From Octopus sinensis (taxonomy: Eukaryota): 64,000 nt of DNA. The translations under genes were made by a program, and so were the position numbers. Positions 1-13,117 of the stretch are shown piece by piece. Every line of letters begins with the position of its first letter. Position 1 is the stretch's first letter. The stretch covers positions 10,602,001 through 10,666,000 of the forward strand of contig NC_043016.1 of the NCBI RefSeq assembly GCF_006345805.1, written 5' to 3'. Under the pieces are notes generated by a model, which saw only the letters and a list, made by a program, of their open reading frames with translations, searched no databases and was not told the DNA's origin.

Positions 1-229
1 TTCTACGGCTGGATGCCCTTCCTAACGCCAATATATGTATATATATATATATACACATACATTTGTGTGTGTGTGTGTGTGTGTGTCTATGTTTCTCCCT
101 GCTCCATCACTTGACAACCGATATTGGTGTGTTGACATCTCTGTAACTTGTCAATAACTGGTTATTGACAATTTTGTCTTTTTTTCGGCATATTTGGCAA
201 TAGAATTTTTCTTTTGCCCTTATTTTGTA

Positions 230-279
230 AAGCCTTGTGAGTGGATTTGGTAGATGGAAACTGAAAGAAGCCCGTCGTA

Positions 280-310
<31 letters not shown>

Positions 311-520
311 GTGTGTTTGTGTGTCTGTGTTTGTCCACCTAGCATTGCTTGATAACCGATGCTGGTGTGTTTATGTCCCTGTTACTTAGCGGTTTGGCAA
401 AAGAGACCGATAGAATAAGTACTGGGCTTACAAAAGAATAAGTCCTGGGGTCGAGTTGCTTGATTAAAGGCGGTGCTCCAGCATGGCCGCAGTCAAATGA
501 CTGAAACAAGTAAAAGAGTA
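230..520 (+). mobile_element. SINE family A, 3' two-thirds
   Basis: GCCTTGTGAGTGGATTTGGTAGA..GAAACTGAAAGAAGCCCGTCG, (TA)n(TG)n, and tail GCATGGCCGCAGTCAAATGACTGAAACAAGTAAAAGAG shared with ~20 copies in the window. Confidence 0.85.
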
Positions 521-687
521 ATATATATGATGGGCTTCTCTCAGTTTCTGTCTACCAGATCCACTCACAAGGCTCTGGTTGGCCTGAGGCTATAGTAGAA
601 GACATTTGCCCAAGGTGCCATGCAGTGGGACTAAACGAGGGACCATATGGTTGGGAATCAAGCATCTTACCTCACAGCCACACCTGT
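521..687 (-). mobile_element. SINE family A, 5' half
   Basis: Reverse complement of the family A head and GCCTTGTGAGTGGAT core. Confidence 0.8.
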
Positions 688-1368
688 ATGTATGTTATAA
701 TCATACTTCATTTGAAGAAGAGGTGGAATTGATGAGAAGATAAAGTTTCTTTGTAAAAACTCTTGAAGTCTTTATTTGAAAAGTGTATCCATATAGGTGC
801 AGCAGGTGTCGTTATGATTAATAAGTGGTTTGTTTCACAACCAATTTGTTCTGCGCTCAGTCTCTCTGTATGGCACCTTAGGCAGCTAAAGTCTTGCAAA
901 TAGATGAGTGGATTTGGTTGGAGGAAACTGAAAGAAGCTCGTGTGTGTGTGTAGATATATATATGCGTGTGTGTGTTTGTGTCTCTTTGTCTTGACATTG
1001 TATGATAGCTGTAAAATGATTGTGAGTCATACAAGAAGTGTAATTCATTTCCAACATTCTACTAGAACCTGTCTGGCCATCAGGAGGGTTTGTAACTGGT
1101 GAGGCATCTGACTGTAGAAAATTTGCTTCAACTCCATCCAACCCATGCAGGCATGGAAAAAGTGGATGTTAAAATGATGATGACAATGATAGCAGCAATG
1201 GCAACAACAATGATGCTCTGCAGGTGTTCATCTTATTCTGGGTTCTTAAATTCTACATTGCTTCATTCCATCCACTCAGCTGTCCATGCAGAATGACTAC
1301 CAAACTCTCTGTGATAAACTGGTGTTCCCTCTTGGAAGAAGTTTATCTCTAATTTGGTTAATATTATT

Positions 1369-1600
1369 AGGCGGCGAGCTGGCAGAATCGTTAGCACACC
1401 GGGTGAAATGCTTAGCGGTATTTCGTCTGTCGTTACGTTCTGAGTTAAAATTCCGCCGAGGTCGACTTTCCCTTTCATCCTTTCGGGGTCGATAAATAAA
1501 GTATTAGTTACACACTGGGGTCGATGTAATCGACTTAATCCCTTTCTCTGTCCTTGTCTGTCCCCTCTATGTTTAGCCCCTTGTGGGTAGTAAAGAAATA
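1369..1600 (+). mobile_element. SINE family B (tRNA-like head, Meta-domain-like core)
   Basis: GGCGGCGAGCTGGCAGAA..GAGGTCGACTTT(G/C)CCTTTCATCCTTTCGGGGTCGATAAA..GTAGTAAAGAAATA; seven copies in the window; core resembles the MetaSINE domain as I recall it. Confidence 0.85.
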
Positions 1601-2682
1601 AATATTATGAAGTTGTGGTTGAATGAACACTAGTTATTGAGAGACAGCCTTACACCCTGAGAAAGTATGCTGTTTGATGCCCACCTCCCCTGTTAAAATG
1701 CATTCATCTCAACCATAAACCCCTTTTCCGTCACCTCTACATTTGGTTTACTACACAATCAAAATCCAACTTTTTCACCTAGCCTTAACAGTTACGTATT
1801 TAAAAATGATGTAAACTTGGTGTTATATCTCGTATCAAAAGACTAGGATAGCAACCACCCTCACCCTTCCAACACACACACACACACACACTGAGACATA
1901 TGTTTCTGGTTTGCTTTGGATGACATAAACATAAATCCAAAATATCTATTATCATGTATGTAATTTATAACCAGTGCTGGCCATTTGCAACAGCTGTTCA
2001 CTCTATATTCCAAAAGACTTGTGTCCTGTCATTGGATATAAAGAGTAATTCAGAAGTCCTTTCAGCATTTAAATGACATAAATTTGGAGTTGGGTTTTTT
2101 TTATGCTTATTGTAGCAGCAACATATTTTTGATTTTTAGTACTATTTCTGCTGGGGATTTTTTTATGAATAACACTTAATGTGTTGTTTTAATATATATT
2201 AGAAAACTGTCGTAATCAAAAACTGAGAAAATATTCTTTGTCCTACAAAAAAGGAAAATAGATATGACACAATATGATATTGATCCTATTCTATCGTCCC
2301 ATCCATGCACACCTACTTCTACTGCCCAGGGTAGTGCAAGCTGCTGGTAGTATAAACAGCAGGGCACCATAGACTCAGCCGTCTTGGAATCCCTAAGTTG
2401 TGACTGTCAGTGGGAAGGGATTGAGGTTGAAAGGATGTGGATGGTGAATGCAGACAAACAGCTGTAGGTGTGATGGTGCATGGAAGGAAGGAGGGAGAAA
2501 GGCATAGAGAGAGAAAGACACAACAGTGTTACATTAAGAAACTCTACTAACCTTGATTGTTGACTGATTTGTATTAGTGCTAAAGAGACTTTGTTCAGAT
2601 TAGTCATCAATTTTTACAAGTGGCATTGTGCAATAAATCAATATGTTTTAATTATAACTTATTAAAAACAGAATTTACCGCT

Positions 2683-3154
2683 TTAACCGTTTAACATTCA
2701 CCTTATTCTGTCAAATGTAATGCTTATTTATTGACATTGTCTTGAATTAATCATGCTTTATCTTGTAGCTTTGGGATTTAGATGATGTGATTGTTTATGT
2801 TTTTAGAATGGCATTGTATGGGAGGTGTGACAGGCTGCATCTGGACTATTTAAACATATTGCAAGGTACAACATTTGAGCCTGATATGGCTGGTTTAACC
2901 TTTAAGCATTTAAACTGACCATATCCGGCCAAAATATTCTACCGGCTTTATTATCAAACTAGCCAAATCCAGATAATGCAGTTATCAAACTAGCCAAATC
3001 CAGCCGCTCACACCTACCCTACAATATCATTCTAAAAGTATACAATCACGTGCTTGGAAACTCAAAGCTACAAGATAATGCATGACTGATTGAAAACAAT
3101 ATGAATAAACAAAGTATTACATTTGACAGAATAATTTGAATGCTAAAGGGTTAA
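2683..3154. mobile_element. Two adjacent copies of TTAA-flanked MITE family 2 (piggyBac-like)
   Basis: ~230-bp units with termini of the type TTAACCCTTTAGCATT..AATGCTAAAGGGTTAA (degenerate here). Confidence 0.7.
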
Positions 3155-3168
3155 ATATTCAACCAGTT

Positions 3169-3652
3169 TTAACCCTTTTGTTACCATATTTCTGTTGAGA
3201 TGTTCTGTGTTTCTTTCAATTAATTTGAAATATAACAAAGAATTTAGCAAAATAACTTAGTTATGATTCAGCTAGTGTTAGGAACATAAATTGTGACTAA
3301 TGTTTGGTGGAAGATTTTAATTCAAAACTTATGAAAAGAAGACCATGGTACTACAGAGCCAGAGGCGGTTTCAGGCAGGTTGGTAACGAAAGGGTTAAGA
3401 ATTGTTTCTCTATTATATATTTTAGCCCTTTTGTTACCATATTTCTGTTGAGATGCTCTTTGTTTCTTTCAATTAATTTTAAATATAACAAAGAATTTAG
3501 TAAAATAACTTCATTATCATTAAGCTACTGTTAAGAACATAAATTGTGACTAAAGTTTGGTGGAGGATTTTAATTCAAAACTTATGAAAACAAGACAATG
3601 GTACTACAGAGCCAGAGGCAGTTTCAGCCAGATTGATATCGAAAAGGGTTAA
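3169..3652 (+). mobile_element. Tandem pair of TTAA-flanked MITE family 1 (piggyBac-like)
   Basis: TTAACCCTTTTGTTACC..GGTAACGAAAGGGTTAA terminal inverted repeats; two ~230-bp units with a 23-bp spacer. Confidence 0.85.
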
Positions 3653-4117
3653 AATTCACTCTAACCTATTCTGATATTCTTTTTATGAGGAATATAACAA
3701 AAGATACCAACAGAACAGTAAATCAACAGAATTCATTTGTTTATTATCTCTGCCTTGGCGAAGGCGGAGGTATTGTTTTCAGTCATGTTTGTTTGTCTGT
3801 GGACAAGATATCTTAAGAACTGCTGGATGGATTCAGATGAAACAGGGATGTTTGGCCTCGTGACTGGCACAAACCAATTAGATTTGGGGACTGATCTAGT
3901 ACTGGACAAGGATTCTGGATTATTTCTTTGTTTTTTCTTTTTTTTTACTTAATTTTTGAGAGCAGCCAGGTTCATTTTCAGCATTCTCGTTTGTGTGAGT
4001 AGTCATGTTTATTTCAGATATTCTCGTCTTAAAAATCATCTCTGGCTAATCGTTGAGAGGACATTGGTGTTCCCTTGGCAGAGGTTTGTGCACTCTGAGT
4101 GGTCTTGTTATTCTTTT

Positions 4118-4487
4118 ATTCTTTTACTTGTTTCGGTCATTTGACTGTGGCCATGCTGGAGTACCACATTGAAGTGGTTTTTGTTGAACAAGTCAACTCC
4201 AGGACTTATTTTTAAGCCTAGTACTTATTCTATTGGTCTCTTTGCTGAACTGCTAAGTTACAAACACAAAGACCACACACATAGATATATACATATATAT
4301 ATATACACACACACACACGCGCACACAGCAAGCTTCTTTCAGTTTCTGTCTATTAACTCTACTCACAAAGCTTTGGTCAACCTGAGGCTATAGTAGAAGA
4401 TACTTGCCCAAGGTGCCATGTAGTGGGATTGAACCTGGAACTATCTGGTTGGGAAGCAAGCTTCTTACCACATAACCACACCTGTGC
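4118..4487 (-). mobile_element. SINE family A, full length, diverged
   Basis: Matches family A from tail to head; a further partial copy lies at ~4515-4680. Confidence 0.8.
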
Positions 4488-4856
4488 ATATATATATACA
4501 CACACACACACACACAAGATGAGCTTCTCTCGGTTTCCATGTACCAAATCTACTCACAAGGCTTTGGTGGGCATGAGGCTATGGTAGAAGACACTTGCCC
4601 AAGTGGCCATGCATTGGGACTGAACCTGGAACCATATGGTTGGGAAGCAAGCTTCTTACCACACAGCCATGCATGCACCTATATATTTTTTTAATACCTT
4701 AGTCTATAGCAGTATGAGTTGGGGTAAGACTCATGGTCATTGAAGGTTATCTAAGGCAGAAGATATCATTTACCCACCCTTATCACTTCTCTTATATTCC
4801 CCTTCATGCACTTTGATGGTGCACACAGCAAGGCAACTATTCTTGTCCCTTTAGTG

Positions 4857-5093
4857 CAGTGGTTTTCAACAAGGGTCCATATGACCCGTGTTGTTAAAAT
4901 TTATCTGCAATAAATTAGTTATTCTTGTACAATACACAAAATATTTTGACAATTATGTTTACAGAATTCCAAATAACATTTAATTATAAAAATATTATGG
5001 GATTTTTTTTAGACATCAAATTTCTGTGAGAGTCCACCTGAGTAAAATTTGAATTGGAGGAGGTCCTTAAGCAAAAACTGGTTGAGAAACCTG
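4857..5093. mobile_element. Possible hAT-type MITE
   Basis: CAGTGGTTTTCAAC..GTTGAGAAACCTG imperfect terminal inverted repeats; no TSD seen. Confidence 0.4.
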
Positions 5094-5252
5094 ACTGTAT
5101 CATACATTTATATGTCAACCCCCTCCCCCGAGTATTAAAACTACTTCCCTCAATACTATCTTCTCCCCTCAGCTGAGAGATCTTGTCTTGTAAGTTACTT
5201 GGTGACCTCACTAGTACTGGTTCCATAGCATAATGTATTCTGTATATATTTA

Positions 5253-5484
5253 TATTTCTTTACTACCCACAAGGGGCTAAACACAGAGGGGACAAACAAG
5301 GACAAACAAAGGGATTAAGTCGATTACATCTACCCCAGTGCATAACTGGTACTTAATTTATCAACCCCGAAAGGATGAAAGGCAAAGTCGACCTCGGCGG
5401 AATTTGAACTCGGAACGTAACGGCAGATGAAATACGGCTAAGCATTTCGCCCGGCGTGCTAACGTTTCTGCCAGCTCGCCGCCT
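5253..5484 (-). mobile_element. SINE family B
   Basis: Full reverse-complement match to 1369-1600. Confidence 0.85.
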
Positions 5485-5502
5485 TTGTACTCTGTATATA
5501 TT

Positions 5503-5685
5503 GTAAAGTGGTTAGCATTAGGAATGGCATCTAACCACAGAAACCATGCCGTAGTGGGCAGCATTGGAGCCTTGTGCAGTCCTCTGGCACAGCAGCTCCT
5601 GTCATACCATCCAACCCATACTGGCATGGAAAGCCAGCATTACACGACAACAATGATGATGATGATGGTGATGATGATGATGATC
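5503..5685 (+). mobile_element. RTE LINE 3' tail fragment
   Basis: CCATCCAACCCAT..GCATGGAAAG followed by (GAT)n, as at the 3' end of the large RTE element. Confidence 0.65.
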
Positions 5686-6205
5686 CGGCTTGTGCATTTG
5701 TAACTGTCTGCTAGAACAACAGGGCAAGGAAATAATTACAGGGAGATAGCAATCTGGAGAATGACTGGAAAAGCAGGAGGTAGTAGTGCAAGAGTGAAAA
5801 GGTGTGTGACACAGTGAGAGTGAGTGACAAGAGGAAGAGGAGGGAGAATCGTGTTAAGCAGATGTAAGCGGTGGCAGAGTCTATTGTTGGAGGGGTAGAA
5901 TTGTCAGAGGAAAGGATTCGGTGAATGTGTGGATCAGTGAGGATCATATTGTGTATTGGTGAGTTGTTGTTAATCTTTTGGGTTGGTGCCTCTACATGTG
6001 AACACGGTTCTGGATGTTTGTGAGTAGCAACACCATCTCTGATTTATAGAAGCAGTGCTGCTCCTTAGTAGCTCTTGTTGAAGGTGAGCAACTTAAGCTG
6101 AGCTTAAAGTATTTTCTAGTTCTAAAGATAAAGTCTAATCAGGAAACTCACTTTGCAACCATGTGGTTGCAGGTTCAATCCCACTATAGAAGATCATTAT
6201 GTATA

Positions 6206-6236
<31 letters not shown>

Positions 6237-6400
6237 GGAACCAGTACAAGACAAGATCCCTCAGCTGAGGGGACGAGATAGTATTGAAGGAAGTAGTTTT
6301 GATACTCAGGGTTTGATATGTAAATGTATAATACAGTCAGGTTTCTCAACCTGTTTTTCCTTATGGACTTCCTCTGATTCTTATTTTACTCAGGTGAACT
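6237..6400 (+). repeat. Unclassified repeat, inverted copy of ~5050-5226
   Basis: CAAGACAAGATC(C/T)CTCAGCTGAGGGGA..GATAGTATTGA..CAGTCAGGTTTCTCAACC present in opposite orientations. Confidence 0.7.
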
Positions 6401-6859
6401 CTTGTAGCAGAGGTCATTGTTAAATACAATAAAGCAATAAAGTTTGTTATCACTTAAACCTAGTGTGATCCTTAGAGTGCCATATCATATTTCACAACAA
6501 TCCTTGCCATCTTCTAACTTAACCGCACATATATCCCACACCTAAATTATACCTACAATAAAACCACCTAATACCAAAATATCCAGTTCGCTTCAAATAC
6601 CCATAATTGTAACATCTTATGTCATTGTAACTTACTGTACTGGAGTTGATCTGTTCATCTTAAACCCTTCAAGCTTGGCCATGATCCATTAACTGAAATG
6701 AGTAAATGATAAAAGAAGACAGTGTCCTTTAATCTATTTGAAAGAGAAGTTATGTTGTTTGCTTTCATACTGATACTGTTCCAGAAGATGGAAGGGACAT
6801 AAGAAGCTCTTGTAACATTTTCCCTGTCTATTTAATAAATGGTTACTACATGTGTATAT

Positions 6860-7062
6860 TTTAAAGTAATTTCTTTTGTGCTGTAAACCATTTACCATTT
6901 CTCTGATGTCCAACCACCTTCCCTTGATACCGTAAGCACATGCTTATTTTACTTAATGGTTAATCCAGCACTGAGTTGACGTGAGCTTAATTGGGATCAA
7001 ACTTCTGAAGTTCTTCCAATTCCACCAACTGCTTGACTTACATACTTGGTATTGCAAACAAA
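6860..7062. repeat. Unclassified ~200-bp repeat, direct copy at ~9367-9573
   Basis: TTTAAAGT.ATTTCTTTTGTGCTGTAAAC.ATTTACCATTTCT..GAGCTTAATTGGGAT..CATACTTGG.ATTGCAAACAAA at both sites. Confidence 0.7.
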
Positions 7063-7109
7063 TATCATACATTCTTTATTCAACAGTTATTAAGTATGTT
7101 AAAATATTA

Positions 7110-7314
7110 ACACTTCATCATTTAAACCGGCCATATCCGGTTGAAATATTTTTCTTGTTTTATACTCAAATCAGCCAGATTTTGGTTCTCACACCGACGT
7201 CACAATGTCATCATGAAAATCTTGAAGCCACAAGATAATGCATAATTAATTTAAACCAGTGTGAATGAATAAGTATTACATTTGAGAGAAAAACCTGAAT
7301 GCTAAAGGGTTAAA
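7110..7314. mobile_element. MITE family 2
   Basis: Ends AATGCTAAAGGGTTAA; body matches the other family 2 copies. Confidence 0.75.
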
Positions 7315-7684
7315 TGTATGGACTTTATTTTTTATTCTAACTAATGAAAATGGACGAAGATGGTAAGGAACTAACGAGTTTTGAGTTGCTAAGTATCTTG
7401 TAATTGTGCTAGAATAGAGGAAGTGGGGTAGAGAGAGGGAGAACTCTGAATATGTGATCAGATGTATTTGTGTCATGACTAGATGAATCCTCGTTGATTA
7501 GTCAAATGGGTGGCTTCTAGATTGAGTCTAGGATGTTTGTAAGCAACAAGTGCCATCCCAGATGCCATCGTGCTCCACATCAGGAAATGGTCATTAAACC
7601 TACTAGTTTTCAAGTTCACATTGATTATTAATTGGAGTAGTGATATGATGTGACTAATAAAAACAAAATCACAAATGCAACTTA

Positions 7685-8005
7685 TTCATCATCATCATCA
7701 TTTAGCGTCCGCTTTCCATGCTAGCATGGGTTGGACGGGTCAACTGGGGTCTGTGAAGCTGGAAGGCTTCGTCAGGCCCAGTCAGATCTGGCAGTGTTTC
7801 TACGGCTGGATGCCCTTCCTAACGCCAACCACTCCGCGAGTGTAGTGGGTGTTTTTTACGTGCCACCTGCACAGGTGCCAGACAGAGCTGGCGAACGGCC
7901 ACGAACGGATGGTGCTTTTACGTGTCACCGGCACGGGGCCAGGCGATGCTGGCAACGGACACGAACGGATGGTGCTTTTACGTGCCACCGACACGGGGCC
8001 AGACA
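7685..8005 (-). mobile_element. RTE LINE 3' tail with internal tandem subrepeats
   Basis: (CAT)n TTTAGCGTCCGCTTTCCATGCTAGCATGGGTTGGAC..GGATGCCCTTCCTAACGCCAACCAC plus repeated CGAACGGATGGTGCTTTTACGTG units. Confidence 0.85.
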
Positions 8006-8324
8006 GAGTAATTATTAAAATTACTATTTAACCAATTTAGATATTCATATCTCTCATTATATCATTTTGGGGCAGACTGCCTGGACCAAAACCACTGTTT
8101 CTCTTCAAGTGTTCCTGTCTTATATGACATTTTTGAGGTATTCTCTTTGTAACTCGACATCATGAAAGAGTTGACCAACGTATATCAATCTGAGTTTTTC
8201 TGATGACACGAGAGACCCCAAAACTCATGAGTCACATAAGAGGCTCACTCATTTATTCATCTTCATTTTGATAACAGTGACCAGCGCCTCTTGTCTGCTG
8301 CTCTTGAATGAATGTTGATATTCT

Positions 8325-8712
8325 TTTACACGTTTCAGTCATTTGACTACGACCATGCTGGAGCACCACCTCAAAGGGTTTTTTTGGCAAAGAAATCGAC
8401 CCCCTGTACTTATTCTTTGTAAGCCTAGTACTTATTCTGTCAGTGTCTTTTGCCGAACTGCTAAGTCACGGGTACTTAAACACACCAGCATCGGTTGTCA
8501 AGCAATGGTGGGGGGACAAACACAGATACACACACACACACACATATATGTATATACAACACTGTTCTTTCAGTTTCTGTCTACCAAATCCACTCGCAAG
8601 GCTTTGGTCAGCCTGAGGCTATAGTAGAAGACACTTACCCAAGGTGTCACACAATAGGACTGAACCCAGAACCATGTAGTTGGAAAGCAAGCTTCTTACC
8701 ACACAGGCACAC
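8325..8712 (-). mobile_element. SINE family A
   Basis: Full-length match to family A. Confidence 0.8.
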
Positions 8713-9699
8713 CCGTAGGATATTAACATAAAGCTCTTCGTTTGTCAGATGTTGCTTCCATGATTTGCACATCATATTGTGCACATAATACTCCAAACAG
8801 CTTATAAATTCTTGTTTACCTACAAAGTAGTGCACATTTGGGAATCTTTGAGATTCAATTAGGGTTATAAGATGTAGGTGCCAAAGGGAGTTGAGTGGTT
8901 TTAATTTATTTATTGATTTTTGTTTCCTGTTTACCTCTTCAGTTTGGACTAGCCTTGTGTTGTGAGCAGCTGAGATGCTTTCATATCACTTCATCCACAA
9001 TGAGCAAAATGCTTTGTACAAAATGCTATTCCCCTGCCATTTATAAATTTGACGTACTGGCTAGATTAAGACCCGAAGAGACTCTAAGCACTTAAAAAGA
9101 TTTTTGTGCCCCCATACAGATGTAATTTAAAATATAAGCAATAAGAAACCGTAAAATAAAATTTTTATTCTTCAAAATGAAAAACAAAACTAACAGTAAG
9201 ATGGAAAATGTTTATTTTTGTATACTTCCATTTTATTTATGTTTGGAAAGTTTTCTACTTTCTTTTTAATCACGAAGCCTTTGATCAGATCCTTACTATG
9301 ACATCATGAACACTTAGAAATTATATTTCCACTCATATAAAACACTTTGAATATTACTTTAGCAAGTTTAAAGTGATTTCTTTTGTGCTGTAAACTATTT
9401 ACCATTTCTGTGGTTGCCTCCCACCACCTTCCTTGGTGCCCTAAGTACAAGCTTATTTTGCTTAACAGTTAATCCAACACTGAGTTGGCATGAGCTTAAT
9501 TGGGATTATTCTCCAAAAGTTCTGATTCCACTCCACTAGCTGTTTCAGTCACATACTTGGCATTGCAAACAAACAGTACCAAGTTTTAAAAAAAAACCAC
9601 AAGAGAAGAATGTTGATCCAGTCCAAGTTTCTCTTGGAAATGAGAACCTTTTTGTACAGTGCCTCCTTGGTCACTGCATGTCTTTTCTATTTTTCATTT

Positions 9700-10112
9700 T
9701 ATCTTTAACTTGCTTCAATCATTGGGCTGCAACCATAAAGGTGCATCCACTTGAAGGGTTTTAGTTGAATGAATTGACCCCCAGTACTTTTACTTTTGAA
9801 GCTGATACTTATTCTATTAGTCTCTTTTGTTGTCTCTCTATGTTATGGGGGGGATGTAAACAAACTAACACCCGCTGTCAAGTAGTGGTGACGGAGAAAC
9901 ACAAAAGTGCACACACTCACACTTTCTCACATGCGCACACACACTCATGCATTGGCTTCTTTCAGTTTCTGTCTATCATATCTACTCACAAGGCTTTGAT
10001 TGGTCCGTGGTTGTTGTAGAAGACACTTGTCCAAGGTACCCTGTAGTGGAACTGAATCCAGAACCATGTGGTTGGGAAGCAAGCTTCTTACCACACAGTC
10101 ACATCTGTGCCT
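9700..10112 (-). mobile_element. SINE family A, diverged
   Basis: Full-length degenerate match. Confidence 0.7.
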
Positions 10113-10588
10113 ATGTAGCAATTACCATATTGTTTTTATGCATTTCATTGAGTAACATGACCTCCTATTAGCTTCGTTACTATGGCAAGAGTCCGGATAC
10201 TTATTGATCAGACCACGTTGCAAATCACAGCATACATAGATCAGAATTGAGCCCCTGGCCAAAAGATTCTGAACCAGCCTTAAGCTTGTAGTGTATGGGA
10301 AAGGGACAAAGTTAACCCTGTAATGCTGTGTTCGCCTCGCTGTAGCAGTATAACTTAAACGTAATGAACAACACATTTAGAAAAAGAAGATGAAATACTA
10401 AAATTAGGCAACTGATCACATTACAGCTTCATAGTCAAGTGTGTTTATAACTCATAGTTAATGGCGACCCCCCCCCCAGCTGTTGTTTACTTTTGTTTTT
10501 AACTAAAAAAAAAACAAAAACGATTTTATGATGAAACGAACATAAGATGATCCCAGTGTGTTGTCTTGTAAATGTGCAAGGCCTAGAC

Positions 10589-10904
10589 CAGGGCTGGCCT
10601 ACCCGAGGCCCATGGGTTGCATGCGGCCCACAGACTTTTATCTTGTGGCCAGCTTGATACTTTCTGTTTGATTTCAAAATAAAATTGTTTGTGTAAAACA
10701 TTTGTTTCAAAATGAATTTAAAATTTATAAGTGGCAATAAAGCAAAGGCCTGTACTTTTATAATTTCAAGTGAATGAAGAGTATGAAAAATTCTTGATTC
10801 TATAATTTAATTGGCTGTTAGTGCATTAAGTATACAAGTGGCCCTCAAAAATACTTTCTGTGATTTAAAGTGGCCCACAGCGTAAATTGAGTTGGCAAGG
10901 CCTG
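10589..10904. mobile_element. hAT-type MITE
   Basis: CAGGGCTGGCC..GGCAAGGCCTG termini, GGCCC subterminal motifs, 8-bp flanks GCCTAGAC/GTTTAGAC resembling a hAT nnCTAGnn-type TSD. Confidence 0.7.
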
Positions 10905-11305
10905 GTTTAGACCCTTTACTGGTCATAAAATCAATGATGATGTTTACTCTTCAAATGGAGAGTTTGCACTTGCACCAGAAATGAGTAATTTGGACAATCA
11001 AACTGGTGAAAGTGATGAGGAAAGTAGTGATTCAGGGGAACAAATATGGTAGTCGAGAGGAGATAGGCCTATTATTGTTATTCTCCTGAATTTTTTTCTG
11101 ATTCTGCCCATTAGCTTGCTTACTCTTGAGCCGTATATGCAAATATTTATTTATTTATTTGCTTGGGAACCAAGGTGGAGGGTAAAACTAGATACAGGGG
11201 CCCAGATCTGAGAGGGTGAAGTTTTCAAATATTGGGTTTTATCAATTTTCAATTTTTGTTTCCCCCTCAGACATGAGTAAACTGGACCTTTGATCTTCCA
11301 CTTAA

Positions 11306-12512
11306 TTAACCCTTTTGTTACCATATTTATTTTGAGATGCTCTGTGTTTCTTTCAATTAATTTTAAATATAACAAAGAATTTAGTAAAATAATTTAGTTA
11401 TCATTAAGCTAGTGTTAGGAACATAAATTGTGACCAAGGTTTGGTGGAAGATTTTAATTCAAAATTTATGAAAGCAAGACATTTGTACTCAGAGCCAGAG
11501 CTGGTTTCAGCCAGGTTGGTATCAAAAGGGTTAAAAAATTGTTTCCCTATTATATATTTTAACCCTTTTGTTACCATATTTATTTTGAGATGCTCTGTGT
11601 TTCTTTCAATTAATTTTAAATATAACAAAGAATTTAGTAAAATAATTTAGTTATCATTAAGCTAGTGTTAGGAACATAAATTGTGACCAAGGTTTGGTGG
11701 AAGATTTTAATTCAAAATTTATGAAAGCAAGACATTTGTACTCAGAGCCAGAGCTGGTTTCAGCCAGGTTGGTATCAAAAGGGTTAAAAAATTGTTTCCC
11801 TATTATATATTTTAACCCTTTTGTTACCATATTTATTTTGAGATGCTCTGTGTTTCTTTCAATTAATTTTAAATATAACAAAGAATTTAATAAAATAACT
11901 TAGTTATCATTAAGCTAATGTTAGGAACATAAATTGTGATTAAGGTTTGGTGGAAGATTTTAATTCAGAACTTATGAAAACAAGGCATTTGTACACAGAG
12001 CCAGTTTCAGCTAGGTTGGTATCAAAAGGGTTAAAAAATTGTTTCTCTATTATATATTTTAACCCCTTTGTTACCATATTTCTGTTGAGATGTTCTTTCA
12101 ACTGATTTTAAAGATAACAAAGAACTTAGTAAAATAACTTAGTTGTCATTTAGGAACATAATTTGTGACTAAGGTTTGGTGGAAGATTTTAATTCAGAAT
12201 TTATGAAAACAACACATTTACAGTACAGAGCCAGAGGTAGTTTCAAACGAGTTGGTATCAAAAGGGTTAAATTAATCATTTATTAATCCTTTTGTTACCA
12301 TATTTCTGTTGAGATGCTCTGTGTTTCTTTCAATTAATTTTAAATATAACAAGCAATTTAGTAAAATAATTTAGTTGTCATTAAGCTAGTTTTAGGAACA
12401 TAAATTGTGACTAAGGTTTGGTGGAAGATTTTAATTAAAAACTTACGAAAACAAGACATTTGTACTACAGAGCGAGAAGTGGTTTCAGCCGGGTTGGTAA
12501 CGAAAGGGTTAA
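11306..12512 (+). mobile_element. Array of five MITE family 1 units
   Basis: TTAACCCTTTTGTTACC..AAAGGGTTAA units; the first units are near-identical with a 253-bp period (duplicated ORFs at 11404/11657 and 11441/11694). Confidence 0.9.
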
Positions 12513-12744
12513 AATGTTTCATAAGAAATGCTTTCGATTCCTTATAGAATCCATAATTAACCTAAGTCCTGTTTTTGACTGTGTGGCAAGAGACTTTTTG
12601 GAATGATTTAAGTGAGGACTTTCAGAAAGATGTCATTGACCTTCTATCTTCTGAAAATGTTGCAGAAATAATTTCATCAGTAGTTTCTGTTTCAGTAGTA
12701 ACAGACAGACCAGCATGAGTAACAGCTGCCTGTTTAATAGCATA

Positions 12745-12970
12745 TTTGGTCCTTTAGCATTTAAGAAAGCCACATCTGGCCCAAATATTCTACCTATTTT
12801 ATGTTCAAACTGGCCAGATACAAGCTCTCTCACCAACCCTACAATGTCTTTCTAAGTATAAACAATTACATCATTGAAATCTTCAAATTATGGGGTAATG
12901 CGTAATTAATTCAAAGAAGTGTGAATAAATAAGTATTACGTTTGACGGGGTAATTTGAATGCTAAACACT
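12745..12970. mobile_element. MITE family 2
   Basis: CCTTTAGCATTTAA..TTTGAATGCTAAA. Confidence 0.7.
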
Positions 12971-13117
12971 TAATAGAATTGCCATATTTTACAGCCTACT
13001 CCGATTGAGGGGAAATGCACACTTAGAAACTCAATTTTCAAAGAATTGAATCTATTTGGTATGTGGTTTAGAAAGAACCTAAGTGTCTGTTATAATTCTA
13101 TCTTGTTTCTTTCTTTT

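Noticed and set aside
8195-8240. Hammerhead candidate CTGATGA..CAAAACTCATGAGTC
   Set aside because: Palindromic stem III and a GUC are present, but stems I and II do not pair and GAAA is absent.
10915-11052. Short open frame GHKINDDVYSS..SDEESSDSGEQ (also 12565-12718)
   Set aside because: Under 55 codons, no convincing pair of splice sites and no recognisable homology.
11151-11903. Repeated 69-76 aa ORFs (MVEDFNSK.., MLYLKLIERN..)
   Set aside because: Incidental frames through non-coding MITE copies.
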